Positions 49,633 through 59,158 of a stretch of 64,000 bases of DNA are shown in pieces. Source of the stretch: Nitrosopumilus sp. (GTDB lineage Archaea; Thermoproteota; Nitrososphaeria; Nitrososphaerales; Nitrosopumilaceae); NCBI GenBank assembly GCA_965205215.1, contig OZ242041.1, positions 1,856,001 to 1,920,000 on the forward strand, read 5' to 3'. Numbering within the stretch: position 1 is the stretch's first letter; each line of letters starts with the position of its first letter. A model generated the notes under the pieces. The model ran no database searches. It was not told where the DNA came from and saw nothing but the letters and a program-made list of their open reading frames with translations. Both the position numbers and the translations under genes were made by a program.

Positions 49633-51918
49633 TCATTCGGATTCGACGACAACTATGACCCCGCTCTGTACGAGGAACTGTATGGACCGCACGAACGTGT
49701 CGTCGTCAATGGCGCCTTCGGCCCACCACCCGGCGCTGGCCCTCACCCACGTCGGTATCTTGCCCGCGCCCTCGGCGCCCCCGGCCTCGGTTGCCGGGAT
49801 CTGTATGATTCCCTGGTCGATCATATACTGTATGGACTGTAGGAACGCGCCGTCGTCCAGCGCGCCCCCGGCCCACCACCCGGCGCTGATCTTTACCCAC
49901 TCGGGCATGGACGCCTGGCCGGTCGCGGGCTCGGAAACGGTCGCGGGCGCGTCGTCCACGGCCGGCGGCGGTACGTTTGCGCCATCGTCCTCATCCGCGC
50001 CGTCCTCATCCGCGCCCGCGATAACCGGAGTCTTCGTATCGGCGTCCGCGCCATCCCCGTCCGAGTCCTTCACGGTGGCGGGCGGCGCCGGCGCCGGCGC
50101 GGGTTCTGGCTGCCTGTCCGTCACCTCGAACGTCACAATCCCGATCAGCCGGTTGTTCAGCGAGGCAAGCGCCTCGTACGTTCCGCGCGGGGAGTCCCTG
50201 TCCAGGGCAAGCAGCGCCTCAAAGTATCCGTCCTTGGTCGGGTACACCAAGTTCCCGTTCGTCGTGCCGTCCGGATACGTGTACGTGATCGCTATCTTGT
50301 CGCCCTTCTTGACCTCTCCCGCCGTGCCCGAGATCTTTGCATACGTGGTGATGGCCGCGGGGCCCACCACATAGACGTCCTGATCCGCGCCCACGTCGCC
50401 GATCTTCAGGGGGGGCGGGGGCGCCCCGGATCCGGGGACGGGCTCCTGCGGGACCGGAACCCGCTCCGTCTGGCCGGCCCGGGGCTCGGAGGTACTGGTC
50501 AGCTGGAACGAGGCGATCGAGTCTGCCAGCAGCTCCGAATACAGCTCAAACGCGGACACGTCCGAGTCTGCGATGACGTTCCATATGCTGTCGCCGTCGT
50601 GCAGCTCCGTCACCACCGTAACTGTGGGGTACTCGCCGGAAAACAGGGGATCGTCGTATTGGCGGATGGACGAATACGCCACGGCGTAGACGGGCCGCCC
50701 CGACTCTTGTGCGTATACGTCGTGTGAAATCACCTCAAAACCATAACAGATCTGGCCGTCTACGGGGTAGGTCAGCCCGTTGCAGTAGTCCCGCTCATAC
50801 CCTATGAGCGCGTCAAGGATCTCGTCGTCCGAGTACCCCGCATAGTCGCCGTCAAACAGGAATACGCTTAGTGCGGCAGTCCAGGCCTGATGATCGTAAA
50901 AGCTTACCTGGTGCGCCCCGTAAGCCTCGTCGTCCACGATCCACGTCGACGGGTACTGTATCGTGTATCTATTCTGCGGGTCGACGAACAGGTTGTAAGA
51001 GTCGACTATGCCGGAGGGGTCCGCATCCTGCAGCCTCACGGGAAAGGACTGGGACACCTCGTACGTCCTGGCCTCGGACACCTCTTGGAGCTGGACGGTT
51101 ATCGTAGTCAGTGGGCTGCTCTGCACGTCGTGCGTGACGATCAGCAGCCCGCTGTCGCCTGCCACGCCCTCGCAGGTGGAGCCGTACTGGAGGTAGCCCT
51201 CCCCGAAGCAGGAGTCGTCTGCATAGTAGTCAAACGGCCGGTTCTCGCTCCACTGGTCAAACGATTCCGGGCCGGGCACAAAGTACACGTCAAACCCGTA
51301 TGCCGGGTCGTCGGTTGAGACGTGAAAGCTGAAGGAGGTGACCTGCTTTGTGGAGAATACCGGGACGTAATGCCCGTAACCCTTTGCAGACGAGGCCTCG
51401 TACTCGACAATCCCGTACTCCTTGTTGAGGGCGACGGGGTACATGATGTCGTTCGGGTCGTCGACATGCCCGTACCCGAGCACGTGCCCGATCTCGTGCG
51501 TCATTATTTCCGACACGTAGTTGGCCGAGAACGGGTTCCATTGGTCCAGGTAGTTGCTGTCCCCCAGGCCGACCTCTATGAAGTGGGAGCCGAGCGCGTA
51601 CCCGACGTGCTCCACGCCGAAGTCCTTTACCCACGATACTTGGAAGTTTGCCTGTGACGGATCATTGACCTCGTAAAACTCCAGTCCCGGAACCCGCTCC
51701 TCCCAGTATTTGGTCGACTCGTACATCACGTTTGACGCGTACGACGCCCAGTCGGGCAGGTCGTCTACGTATACGTACAGCTCGGTATCGCCGGCCTGGC
51801 CGAGCGCGGACTGGGCCGGGAAGACAGCTAGTATCCCCACCGCCACTGCAAGGGCCAAAAGCGGCGGCGGGCGCCTGCATACGGCCCGGGAGTCACCGCG
51901 GCGCACCTGGACGCCCAT
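49633..51918 (-). CDS. Secreted matrixin-like (M10) zinc metalloprotease with two C-terminal thaumarchaeal 'PxWV..AGWWA' domains
   Basis: HEIGHVLGYGH...DIMYP (metzincin motif with Met-turn); signal peptide; PsbP-like 'YTIQYPSTW' segment. Confidence 0.85.
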   Translation of the reverse strand: MGVQVRRGDSRAVCRRPPPLLALAVAVGILAVFPAQSALGQAGDTELYVYVDDLPDWASYASNVMYESTKYWEERVPGLEFYEVNDPSQANFQVSWVKDFGVEHVGYALGSHFIEVGLGDSNYLDQWNPFSANYVSEIMTHEIGHVLGYGHVDDPNDIMYPVALNKEYGIVEYEASSAKGYGHYVPVFSTKQVTSFSFHVSTDDPAYGFDVYFVPGPESFDQWSENRPFDYYADDSCFGEGYLQYGSTCEGVAGDSGLLIVTHDVQSSPLTTITVQLQEVSEARTYEVSQSFPVRLQDADPSGIVDSYNLFVDPQNRYTIQYPSTWIVDDEAYGAHQVSFYDHQAWTAALSVFLFDGDYAGYSDDEILDALIGYERDYCNGLTYPVDGQICYGFEVISHDVYAQESGRPVYAVAYSSIRQYDDPLFSGEYPTVTVVTELHDGDSIWNVIADSDVSAFELYSELLADSIASFQLTSTSEPRAGQTERVPVPQEPVPGSGAPPPPLKIGDVGADQDVYVVGPAAITTYAKISGTAGEVKKGDKIAITYTYPDGTTNGNLVYPTKDGYFEALLALDRDSPRGTYEALASLNNRLIGIVTFEVTDRQPEPAPAPAPPATVKDSDGDGADADTKTPVIAGADEDGADEDDGANVPPPAVDDAPATVSEPATGQASMPEWVKISAGWWAGGALDDGAFLQSIQYMIDQGIIQIPATEAGGAEGAGKIPTWVRASAGWWAEGAIDDDTFVRSIQFLVQSGVIVVVESE

Positions 51919-52075
51919 CTTGTGCCGTACGTCGCATTCTCCGCCCTCAGCCAACCACAAGACCCAGAGTCCGCGCGCCGCGCAGCGCAAATAAAGTTAC
52001 CTTGGACGGGTTTCCACACGGCCCGCCGGGATCCTCGATGCGGCGCCCTGCCTGCCTTCCCGCGGCGGTGGCCCG

Positions 52076-52462
52076 TCAGCCCGCCCCGGAGGGGGGCGGT
52101 GCAATCTTGCGGGCGGCCAGGACCTCCCTGACGTCGGGGATCTCCCACGCGTACTGTATGTGGACGCACATGTGCTCGTCGCAATATTCACACCACGCCT
52201 TTGCCTCGCGAAAGTACACCGACACTATCCGGCCCGCGCGCTCAAGCTTGTTGTCCAGTATCTTTACGTGGTCCTCGTACATGTTGATGTGCTCAAACCG
52301 CCTGCGCTCGAACTTTTCGAGCGCTTCGCGCAGCGCCAGATCCACGAACTGCGCCGCGTTGGTTATCCCGGCCTTTTTTGCCTCGTCGGTTCGCTGCACC
52401 CTCTCGACCTCGTCCAGGAGGCTCTTCTTGACGTTGACTGTCTTCCAGTCTTCCTTTCCCAT
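52076..52462 (-). CDS. Ribbon-helix-helix regulator with C-terminal Cys/His metal site
   Basis: TVNVKKSLLDEVE...AQFVDLALREAL; WCEYC....CVH. Confidence 0.75.
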   Translation of the reverse strand: MGKEDWKTVNVKKSLLDEVERVQRTDEAKKAGITNAAQFVDLALREALEKFERRRFEHINMYEDHVKILDNKLERAGRIVSVYFREAKAWCEYCDEHMCVHIQYAWEIPDVREVLAARKIAPPPSGAG

Positions 52463-52806
52463 GTGATATTATTGTTATATGTAGTTATTATGCCTTGTGT
52501 TATGATCTAATACGCCCGGCGCACCACTAGGCACGGTTCGGAGCAAACATCCGGTGTCACGCCGCGCCGGACGACCCCTGCCGACCATTTCTTACAACAT
52601 ATTTATCATAAAGAATAAATACAAAATTGCCATTGTTACTGCGTGAATGGATTGGGGGTGGCTCAGGCCGAGGCGGCGGTTCCTGAGAGGACAGATCGAT
52701 GTCTGGGCAGCGGGGGGAAAGCCGCGAGGGGGGCCATGTGGAACGGCTGCCGCGGGACGTCGTTTTTTTACACAGCAACGCACAGCAGGGGGGCGCGCCC
52801 GGCATA

Positions 52807-52977
52807 ATGGCCTGCCACGGAACGTGCGTCCGGCACCAGGCAGGCAAGCCGGGCAGGCAGAGCAGGTATGAAGCGGGCCAGGTGCGCTGCCAGCAGTGCA
52901 ACATCTGGATGGTCAGGGAGGAGCCGGGGTGCCCGTGCTGCGGCCTAAAGCTGCGGCGCAATGCCAGGCGCCGGTAG
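52807..52977 (+). CDS. Small zinc-ribbon protein
   Basis: MACHGTCVRH...RY..GQVRCQQC...CPCCGLKLR. Confidence 0.75.
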   Translation: MACHGTCVRHQAGKPGRQSRYEAGQVRCQQCNIWMVREEPGCPCCGLKLRRNARRR

Positions 52978-53001
52978 GGCGCGCCGGCCGACGCGGCGCA
53001 T

Positions 53002-56000
53002 ATGGCTCAAAAGCGATTGCAGGCGGGGATGGTGATGACAAGTGGTGCGGGGGGGCGGACGGCGCGTGCGCGCATACGCGGGCCGCGCAGGCGCGCCGGC
53101 AACGGTGGCAGCAGAAACGGGGCCGGGACGGCCATGCACATCTTTGTCGGGAAGCGGGGCAGGGGGCGCACCGGCGTGGCGCGTGCCAGAAGAACGGCGC
53201 GTAACGTATGGCGCGCGTCGTGCGGGCCGTGCCATGCCGTCATCGTAATGGCCGCAATAGTCGCGGCATCGTGCGCCGCGGCAGACACCGCGGTCTGGGC
53301 GGACCACTCGCCGACCAGCTGCATACTGCACGTGCGCGGCGAGTCACACCCCGTCACGTACCGGGGCGAGCCGCGGCAGAACCCCGACGGCACCTACTAC
53401 CCGGGGGACGCGTTCTACTACATATTCAGGTGGGAGGACAGGTCCGACGAACCCGGCGACTGTATAGTCCATGCGCCGCTCCTTGAGAGCGGTAGGCTTC
53501 TGCTTGGCCACCATACCGTACGGGTGGACGGCGAGGGCCGCATGTTTCGCAGCGCGCCATTAACGCACACCGACCTCGATCCGGCAGTCGGGTTCCTGAG
53601 CGAGACGGACTTTTACGCCGGCAAGATGCAGGTGGAGTGCCAGGCGTCGTTTGCAAAGCCCGGCGAGTCCTGGCGTACGCGGTGGGAGCAGTGGACCGTG
53701 TATGACAGGGTGTTCCTCACAAAGGACGGCACAGACAGGCTGACGGAGTTTGAAATGACGCTCAAGTCCAAGGCGTACCGCGGGGAGCCCGCCTGGGAGT
53801 GGTGGGAGGATAAGGGCAAGATGAGGAGCGGCCACCCGGAGCTGCCAGAGTGCCCGTTCAAGTCGCGGCCAGGGGGTCCGGGGGAGCCGCAGGCGGGACT
53901 GCCCGCGTACATGAGGCACTACGGCGGCGGCATATTCTACGCCACGTCGTACGCGTGGGGGATCATGACAGGCAGTGGCAACGCGTCGCACGCGCACCTG
54001 GCCGCGATGCCCGCCGACCCCGACAGCACGACGTGGTTTGGAGAGCGCGTGCAGGAGATGTGCGGCAGGTCCGCCCTGCCCGCCCGTGCAGGCTGCGTGT
54101 ACGGGACGGCCGAGGTACGGCCTGACAGGGAGGTGTGCATGTCCGATGCAGTCGACTCGTACGCGCGACTGCTGGACGCGTGGCACACGGGGCTGCCGCC
54201 GTACGACGTCGCCGGTGCAGACGGCAGACCTGTTGAACCGCCGCCGGAACCGCCGCCCGGGTACCCGGCGTCGTCGTGGGGGCACCTGCTGGCCAACCGG
54301 ACGTATCCGTTTGACGTGCGGACGCCGCCGCCCGGCATTGCATCTGAGACATACGGGGCGCCGGCAGGCGACATATGCGCAACCGCGTCGTCCGACGGGG
54401 CAAAGCTCGAGCTGACCGTGTCGGGCACCTATCTGACGCCACACCACCGCGCAAACGACATACCGGTAAAGGGGATCAAGGAGGTCGCAAGGGATGTAGG
54501 GCCGCCTCTACAGGACGGCGAGCTGCGCATCATACTGACAAAGCCGCCGCTGCATCATATGGAGGGGTATGACGCCAAGAATGCCGACGGCACATACTAC
54601 CATAACGACCCGATATACGTGCGCCACGAACCGTCGTGGAAGTGGAAGGACGAGCGCAGCGCTCACGTAAGCTTTGCGACGCACCGCCTGCTCCCATTCA
54701 CGCTCCCGGTAATAGACGAGTTTGACTGTCCTCCGCCGCCGCCGTCAGATGACGGGAACGGCGCCGCCGCGCCCGCCCCACATACGGCGGCTCCGCCGTG
54801 CGAACATACGGTCGGGGTGGACTCGCCGCCGTGGCTGGCCGAAAAGATGCGGTTCGGCAACGGCGATGGGCTGACGGTCCGGACCGCCAACGCGTCGCAC
54901 GGTTTCGGCACGTACACATTCTCATACAGCATGACCGCTTACAACCTCGGCAAACAGGTCGCAGACGCGACAAACTCCACCGAGGCCGAGGTCGTGCCGT
55001 ACGAGCCGTTCTACGAGACGGTGTACTCGTATCCAGTGCTTGCGGACGCCCGCGAGTACGCCTTTGACGACCGGCACGGGATCGCCATAAGGTACGGCGG
55101 GAGCTGGCAGGACGACGTACTGCATCCGATGCGTCGCTCGTTCATCAACGGGTGGGACGGGGCGGGCGGGGGGCACGACCCGTACGCCTTCAACCGCTTT
55201 GGGCAGGAACACATGCTCGACACGGGCCGCAACGCCTCGCCCAACCGCACCGCGCTGGAGCACGCACGGGGCACGCAGACTGCCATGTTCGTGCAGAGCG
55301 GGCACGGTACGGTCCTGTTTGAGTGGCCCGTATCCGGATGGGTGTTCTCCGCGCATAACCAGACTGCAGTGGGGGAACCGGCCCTCGCCACTGCTGCAAA
55401 GGCGGCAGTCCACGAGAATGTCACGGCGCATCTGCAGGTCTACAGCCGCGACTTTGCGGACAAGGACACCCTGCTGTACGAGACTACGATGCGCTATCCA
55501 GAAATGCCGTTTGCAAAGCAAGTGACGATACAGTCGATAGATCATACCGGCGCCGTACAGACTACGGATGACATAACGTTGCGGGTGACGCCATATGCGG
55601 AATTAGGAGCCGAATATTTGACGGACTACATACGAGACAAGATAACGTGGGATACGGGTGACCCTGTCATATCCCAGATCGTCGTAAACGACACTCATCC
55701 CATGGCGCAGGAGTGGCGCGCGTCCGGCGGCATGATCAACACCACGGTGCTGCGCACGTCCGTCCACTTTGGCGACATTGCGATGCAGAACGGCACGGGA
55801 CTACAGTTCAGCGGTAGGCTGACTGATATCCACAAGCTGGCAGAGCACCCCGAGACGCTCCGTCTTACCGCCCCGTACGACCTGGGACTAAGCGTGGTGG
55901 CCCCGACGTCCCTGCACATTATGATAAACGGCTCCGGCGGGCATGTCATCCACCACAAGTACTATCCGTTTGGCGGCAGCGAGACTGTCAGCATCAACGC

Positions 56001-56340
56001 CCAAAAGGACAACCCAGCAGACGTCTCAAGGGAACAGGGCCGCATCGTCATAAAACCACCCGAAAACTTTGGGATCATCAAGCATGTCGAGATAAACGGC
56101 ACGCGCCTACAACAACCGTGCCCCACGGGGTGCACCGCGTCGTTCCAGCCCGACACCGCCTTGGACATAGTACTATACAACGAGTGGGGTGGCGAGGCCC
56201 GCGGCATAGTCAACGTGTCGAGAACCGTTAATCCCTCACAGGCGAGTGAACCTGGGTGGCAGATCGTGGGATTGGCCGCTACATTGCTGGCGCTGTCATA
56301 CGCGGCATACAAAAGGCTGACAAAGAAATTCCGATGGTGA
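53002..56340 (+). CDS. Large secreted protein with C-terminal membrane anchor
   Basis: Signal-like segment near aa 75-100 (true start probably downstream); C-terminal TM plus YKRLTKK; duplicated N.DGTYY motif. Confidence 0.75.
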   Translation: MAQKRLQAGMVMTSGAGGRTARARIRGPRRRAGNGGSRNGAGTAMHIFVGKRGRGRTGVARARRTARNVWRASCGPCHAVIVMAAIVAASCAAADTAVWADHSPTSCILHVRGESHPVTYRGEPRQNPDGTYYPGDAFYYIFRWEDRSDEPGDCIVHAPLLESGRLLLGHHTVRVDGEGRMFRSAPLTHTDLDPAVGFLSETDFYAGKMQVECQASFAKPGESWRTRWEQWTVYDRVFLTKDGTDRLTEFEMTLKSKAYRGEPAWEWWEDKGKMRSGHPELPECPFKSRPGGPGEPQAGLPAYMRHYGGGIFYATSYAWGIMTGSGNASHAHLAAMPADPDSTTWFGERVQEMCGRSALPARAGCVYGTAEVRPDREVCMSDAVDSYARLLDAWHTGLPPYDVAGADGRPVEPPPEPPPGYPASSWGHLLANRTYPFDVRTPPPGIASETYGAPAGDICATASSDGAKLELTVSGTYLTPHHRANDIPVKGIKEVARDVGPPLQDGELRIILTKPPLHHMEGYDAKNADGTYYHNDPIYVRHEPSWKWKDERSAHVSFATHRLLPFTLPVIDEFDCPPPPPSDDGNGAAAPAPHTAAPPCEHTVGVDSPPWLAEKMRFGNGDGLTVRTANASHGFGTYTFSYSMTAYNLGKQVADATNSTEAEVVPYEPFYETVYSYPVLADAREYAFDDRHGIAIRYGGSWQDDVLHPMRRSFINGWDGAGGGHDPYAFNRFGQEHMLDTGRNASPNRTALEHARGTQTAMFVQSGHGTVLFEWPVSGWVFSAHNQTAVGEPALATAAKAAVHENVTAHLQVYSRDFADKDTLLYETTMRYPEMPFAKQVTIQSIDHTGAVQTTDDITLRVTPYAELGAEYLTDYIRDKITWDTGDPVISQIVVNDTHPMAQEWRASGGMINTTVLRTSVHFGDIAMQNGTGLQFSGRLTDIHKLAEHPETLRLTAPYDLGLSVVAPTSLHIMINGSGGHVIHHKYYPFGGSETVSINAQKDNPADVSREQGRIVIKPPENFGIIKHVEINGTRLQQPCPTGCTASFQPDTALDIVLYNEWGGEARGIVNVSRTVNPSQASEPGWQIVGLAATLLALSYAAYKRLTKKFRW

Positions 56341-56479
56341 AAAGTTGGAGCTAGACGTCAAGTATTCCGTTGCACCATCTTACATACCCTACGTGAACTC
56401 CACCCTTACGACATGACGCTCATCTATGTAAGCTCGGCCGCCACCAACCACGCGGCCACACACCGCTTCGAGAACTTAC

Positions 56480-56843
56480 AGATAGCTAACGGCTACTATA
56501 GCGACAAGGTTCTACGACAAGCTCAGCACGGAAAACTACAACGGCTTTCTGACAAGGACATACGGCCAATGCGACGGGTTCGTGACGTTCTCGGATAACA
56601 CCTCGCACTACAAGTCAAAAACACCAAGGAGGTCCATCAAGCGCATGAACGGAAGATCAAGGCATACTGCTTCCCGCCGTACACGCCAGAGCTGAAACCG
56701 GCAGAGGCGAAATACAAATAGCTCAGAAAAACAGCCGTGAGCCGCCCATATGAGAACGCAGAGAAGTGCAAGGATTCACCAATACAATGCCGCGTGAGAA
56801 AGAGATTCCGGTTGTAAAGGCATTTGACTACCTAGCTTGTTGA
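56480..56843 (+). pseudogene. Degraded IS630-family transposase fragment
   Basis: FSDNTSHYKSK (DNAxYH-like) and FPPYTPELKPAE (PxYSPELNPIE-like) with frameshifts and an in-frame TAG; boundaries approximate. Confidence 0.8.
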
Positions 56844-56869
56844 CTAAGCACTACGAGATCACGATCAAG

Positions 56870-57547
56870 TCAATGTCTGGGAGGTTTGTTATTTTTCCAT
56901 ATGTTGCAAATTTTTTCACCATTGCTCCAAACGTCAACCTGCACAACATAATTTTTAATATCCGGAATTCCATAGTCAACTGCCAACTCCACAACTGCAT
57001 CTCCGCTTTTTTTCTTGTATTCATCGAATGGATAGTCTTTAATTCGTTTAAATGATTGTGGTCCTCGTCTTCCCTTGTTGTATATGATTGCTCCCGAATT
57101 AATTTTGCACAGTGTTATTTTGTTCTCATACTTTTGAACCAATTTTTTGGTATCAACAGTCAGCACGTCGTGAGATTTGTCCTTATATGCACGAGCTTTG
57201 AGTAAGGCAACTAGCCGTTTTTCCTTCACCCAGAAGAATGTCCGTTTATTAAGTAGTCTGTAAAATTGGCTGGTGGTAGTGTTGTCCTCCAATAAATTAA
57301 TCAGTTTTCTTTCAGGTAATGGCTTTTGATCTCTTATTACCGCATCTTCATATTTTTCGTTACTAATAGGTACGCTCTCAGGCCGGAAACATGACTCAAT
57401 TTCATTTCTTCGCTTCCCCCGTATGTCGTACATATCAAGTAGGGCCGTAGTACTCAGAAGCCCATATTTTTTGATACTAGGCCAACTTCCCAATTCGGCC
57501 ATATGGTACAAACAAGGATAATTACTAACTAGATCATCTACCTCCAA
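56870..57547 (-). CDS. DarT-like ADP-ribosyltransferase-fold protein (DUF7002-like)
   Basis: N-terminal LYHMAELGSWPSIKKYGLLS, central TFFW strand and C-terminal VVELAV match the H...E layout of DarT-type ARTs. Confidence 0.7.
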   Translation of the reverse strand: MEVDDLVSNYPCLYHMAELGSWPSIKKYGLLSTTALLDMYDIRGKRRNEIESCFRPESVPISNEKYEDAVIRDQKPLPERKLINLLEDNTTTSQFYRLLNKRTFFWVKEKRLVALLKARAYKDKSHDVLTVDTKKLVQKYENKITLCKINSGAIIYNKGRRGPQSFKRIKDYPFDEYKKKSGDAVVELAVDYGIPDIKNYVVQVDVWSNGEKICNIWKNNKPPRH

Positions 57548-57553
57548 CGGCTT

Positions 57554-59155
57554 TCACCATGTTCTCCTGTCTATTATACTTCTGTCATTAAAACCCGTCA
57601 CAATCAACGAAACTTTGACTTTTGTAACCTGCTCGATTTCCTCAATCATTTTAACGGTTTCAGAAGTTAGCTGTTCAACTCTCTGAACAGACTCATTTTC
57701 TGCAGAAATATAATCAGTAAATGTCAAAGCAATGTCCGTAGCTCCATTTAGAAACGCAGCCTTTTTGATACAAGTCCAATCAAATTCACCAATTCTACGA
57801 CGTCTTCCGGTTGTAGATGTTCTTTCGGTTTTTCTTAGCTCCGTTAAATTTTTGCCCGAACGCCTAGCCACTTCTTCTAGTGTTATTTCTAGAGGCAATA
57901 GGCCGGAAGTACCTTCTGGAGGGTCTTGAACACGTATAGGATATGTTCGGGCGACCATTATGACGCGTCTTATCAAGCGCGGCGGAATTCCTGCATCGGC
58001 CATACACCCTGAGACGGTAGTTTCTCTAGATGTAACATGTGGATAAAGTCCATGATGAATGCTCAGTCCGGTTCCCTGCGTGCCTTCAAGTAGAATTCTT
58101 TTGTTATTTGCAATTGCAGCTTCTAGTACTTCAATTGCTGGTCTAAGATAGGGTTTTAGTTTTGGAATATCTTTGGCTAGTTTTACGTTATTACAGCGTA
58201 AAATTTTACGGGAAGTTGCATATCCCACCCCTTGGCCTGTCGAACCAATCGTTTTTACAATAGTTCTTTTTTCATTTCTTATATCCGATTCCTTTATGAT
58301 CATGGCATTAGGATCAATGCTCAGTCGTTCATGATCAACATTACACTCAGATATTTCTTTTTGTAGTTTCTTTACATTGATTACCATTCCAGGCCCAAGT
58401 AAAATTTTAGCATCACCTCTACGCGTTCCTGAAGGAAGTTGGTTGTGGGTGTAACTTGTTGGAACTTCAGGGACTTTGTGGCCTGCATTCGGCCCACCGA
58501 CCCTAACCAACAGGTCATACTCTTGTGACAGATATGCTGCAATTTGCCCTTTTCCCTCACTGCCAAATTGTCCACCGATTATAACATCCACATATCCTGT
58601 TTTATTTTTATCATGCAGAGATATTCTACTAGCAGCTCGCACCAACACATCGTCTTTACGAGAGCGGCGTGTGTCTATTACAACATCAGCATCGCGAGAT
58701 AGGGATTCGATGGTTTTTTCAGTTTTGGTTCTGCATACCGCGTCATATGTTGGCATTTGATTATTTTTTTTGGGTCGCTTGCAATATCTTTTCTGTAATT
58801 CTTCACGAGGCGCTGTAAGATGCAAATGGACTATAGGGCCAAACGATTTTCTTATTTCGCTGATTTGTTTTTTGGTTCGAACCGAGTCTACAATAAAGAT
58901 TGGTTGTTCTTTTTCCCTCATTGCTTTGCTAAGTAGATTTCTTACCCATTTACCATTCGTCTGTCTATCTAATCGATCACTTGTTTTTTGTAGAGACAAT
59001 TGATCGTTAGGAGCACCGGGGTATAGATTAATTAATTCATCACAGGTTTTAACTACAAATGCATCAAAGCTTTTTTCGAGGCGTTCTGCAAGTTCGGATT
59101 TTCCCGAGGCAACAGGACCAGAAATGACAATGATCTTCTTGGACAAAAGGAACAT
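57554..59155 (-). CDS. P-loop nucleotide kinase fused to a PurZ0-like adenylosuccinate synthetase
   Basis: ISGPVASGKS and IVDSVR (kinase); GGQFGSEGKG, GGPNAGH, IGSTGQGVG, EGTQG, YPHVTSR, RTYPIRV, TTGRRRR, LTFTDY. Confidence 0.88.
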   Translation of the reverse strand: MFLLSKKIIVISGPVASGKSELAERLEKSFDAFVVKTCDELINLYPGAPNDQLSLQKTSDRLDRQTNGKWVRNLLSKAMREKEQPIFIVDSVRTKKQISEIRKSFGPIVHLHLTAPREELQKRYCKRPKKNNQMPTYDAVCRTKTEKTIESLSRDADVVIDTRRSRKDDVLVRAASRISLHDKNKTGYVDVIIGGQFGSEGKGQIAAYLSQEYDLLVRVGGPNAGHKVPEVPTSYTHNQLPSGTRRGDAKILLGPGMVINVKKLQKEISECNVDHERLSIDPNAMIIKESDIRNEKRTIVKTIGSTGQGVGYATSRKILRCNNVKLAKDIPKLKPYLRPAIEVLEAAIANNKRILLEGTQGTGLSIHHGLYPHVTSRETTVSGCMADAGIPPRLIRRVIMVARTYPIRVQDPPEGTSGLLPLEITLEEVARRSGKNLTELRKTERTSTTGRRRRIGEFDWTCIKKAAFLNGATDIALTFTDYISAENESVQRVEQLTSETVKMIEEIEQVTKVKVSLIVTGFNDRSIIDRRTW

Positions 59156-59158
59156 CTC

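Noticed and set aside
57554-59155. Housekeeping purA
   Set aside because: Catalytic Asp replaced by Ser, kinase fusion, foreign composition and defence-island context.
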